Positions 60,301 to 60,809 of a stretch of DNA of 60,809 nucleotides are shown here, in pieces. The stretch comes from Minisyncoccota bacterium (GTDB lineage Bacteria > Patescibacteriota > Minisyncoccia > Phycocordibacterales > UBA9973): assembly GCA_017991515.1 (NCBI GenBank), contig JAGOQI010000004.1, forward strand, positions 1 through 60,809, in the 5' to 3' direction. A model generated the notes under the pieces. That model saw only the letters and a program-made list of their open reading frames with translations, was not told the origin of the DNA and did not search any database. Position 1 is the first letter of the stretch; every line of letters starts with the position of its first letter. The position numbers and the translations under genes are program-made.

Positions 60301-60645
60301 ATGAATACATCAATCACTGAAGAAGTTATTGTTCTTACATATAATAGCGATAGTTTCCCAATGTCGCTTGGTTTACCTTTAGAGAAATTAAGACTAATTG
60401 ATCCAGTAAAAACAGATCGCATAAAGGAATGCGTGAGAACTGAGTTAATAAAGATTGTTATTTTTGATGGATGTTTACCAATGGATGTCCTGCTAACTAC
60501 TTGCAAGGTAGTTAAAGATATACGCAGGAAAAATAAATTGAATTTAAAGATTTTCATCATCAACCAAGATGAGATTCTCGTTGAAGGTGCTGAGTATGTA
60601 CAAAATCCCAAAAAGATTAAGGAGTACTTAAAAATAGCAGCCTAG
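60301..60645 (+). CDS. hypothetical protein, possibly a degenerate CheY-like receiver fold
   Basis: 114 aa; alternating beta/alpha-like pattern (VIVLTYNSD, IVIFDGCLPMD, LKIFIINQ), but the phospho-acceptor context is not canonical. Confidence 0.35.
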   Translation: MNTSITEEVIVLTYNSDSFPMSLGLPLEKLRLIDPVKTDRIKECVRTELIKIVIFDGCLPMDVLLTTCKVVKDIRRKNKLNLKIFIINQDEILVEGAEYVQNPKKIKEYLKIAA

Positions 60646-60663
60646 TATAAACTTTCTTAGCTT

Positions 60664-60690
60664 AGCCTGGTCAAATGGTCAGGCTTTTTT
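60664..60690 (+). terminator. rho-independent terminator
   Basis: AGCCTG-GTCAAATGGT-CAGGCT followed by TTTTTTT. Confidence 0.8.
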
Positions 60691-60692
60691 TG

Positions 60693-60763
60693 TGCGGGAT
60701 AGGAGAGTCGAACTCCTCACCACAGTTTGGAAAACTGTTATCTTACCGATAAACTAATCCCGC
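60693..60763 (-). tRNA. tRNA-Gly (anticodon UCC), 71 nt, CCA not encoded
   Basis: hand-folded: acceptor GCGGGAT/ATCCCGC, anticodon stem ACAGT/ACTGT with loop TTTCCAA, T-arm AGGAG-TTCGACT-CTCCT, discriminator A. Confidence 0.8.
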
Positions 60764-60809
60764 AATGATTAAATTTTAGCATGAAATCTCCCTCGGCTTT
60801 TCTCTCGTC

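Noticed and set aside
60693-60763. First reading of this tRNA as tRNA-Trp, because CCA appears in the anticodon loop
   Set aside because: Recounting shows that the 5-bp stem ACAGT/ACTGT leaves the 7-nt loop TTTCCAA. The anticodon positions 34-36 are therefore TCC (Gly), not CCA.
1-60809. Alternative genetic code (UGA recoding, as in Gracilibacteria/Absconditabacteria), CRISPR arrays, rRNA genes, and transposase, integrase or prophage genes
   Set aside because: All conserved genes are full-length under the standard code, and adk ends in TGA. No repeat-spacer array, rRNA-like segment or recombinase-like ORF was seen on either strand.

Overview
AT-rich, gene-dense, mostly minus-strand window from a streamlined bacterium that uses the standard genetic code. 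The gene content points by inference to a Candidate Phyla Radiation / Patescibacteria (Parcubacteria-like) genome. Supporting signs are a str-S10-spc ribosomal superoperon without rpmD, type IV pilus-like genes with ComEC and RecJ, many small orphan proteins, and no Shine-Dalgarno motifs. Layout: (i) 0.1-23.3 kb holds rpsL-rpsG-fusA, tuf-rpsJ and rplC through rpsZ, rpsH through rplO, then secY-adk-map. This superoperon is cut at five places by terminator-bounded accessory cassettes. (ii) 23.3-34.2 kb holds an M50 protease, a THUMP methyltransferase, L28, a split ComEC with an SOD-like gene between the halves, DedA, RNase HI with a C-terminal hybrid-binding domain, RecJ, HIT, pgk and tpiA. (iii) 34.3-46.2 kb holds a pilB-pilC-pseudopilin operon and a set of secreted proteins. 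These include three tandem paralogs that share one N-terminal module but carry different C-terminal heads, one of them behind a Hint/BIL autoprotease. This is my best candidate for an undescribed system. (iv) 46.4-60.8 kb holds nusA, ppa, a trigger factor lacking its PPIase domain, clpP, rny, a truncated ClpP-like paralog, a soluble 900-aa VirD4/TraD-like ATPase, HU, a front-end-type fatty acid desaturase and tRNA-Gly(UCC). Non-genic signals seen directly in the sequence: a REP-like hairpin family (CCTCCCCAC-N7-9-GTGGGGAGG, 5 copies); a GC-rich 20-nt palindromic core read in the same frame inside three unrelated genes; two ~100-nt long-stem hairpins placed right after stop codons; AACTTTA heptad arrays in front of map and clpP; and extended -10 boxes (TGnTAnnnT) 6-10 nt upstream of many ATGs, which suggests widespread leaderless mRNAs. 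No CRISPR array, rRNA, transposase or integrase was seen.
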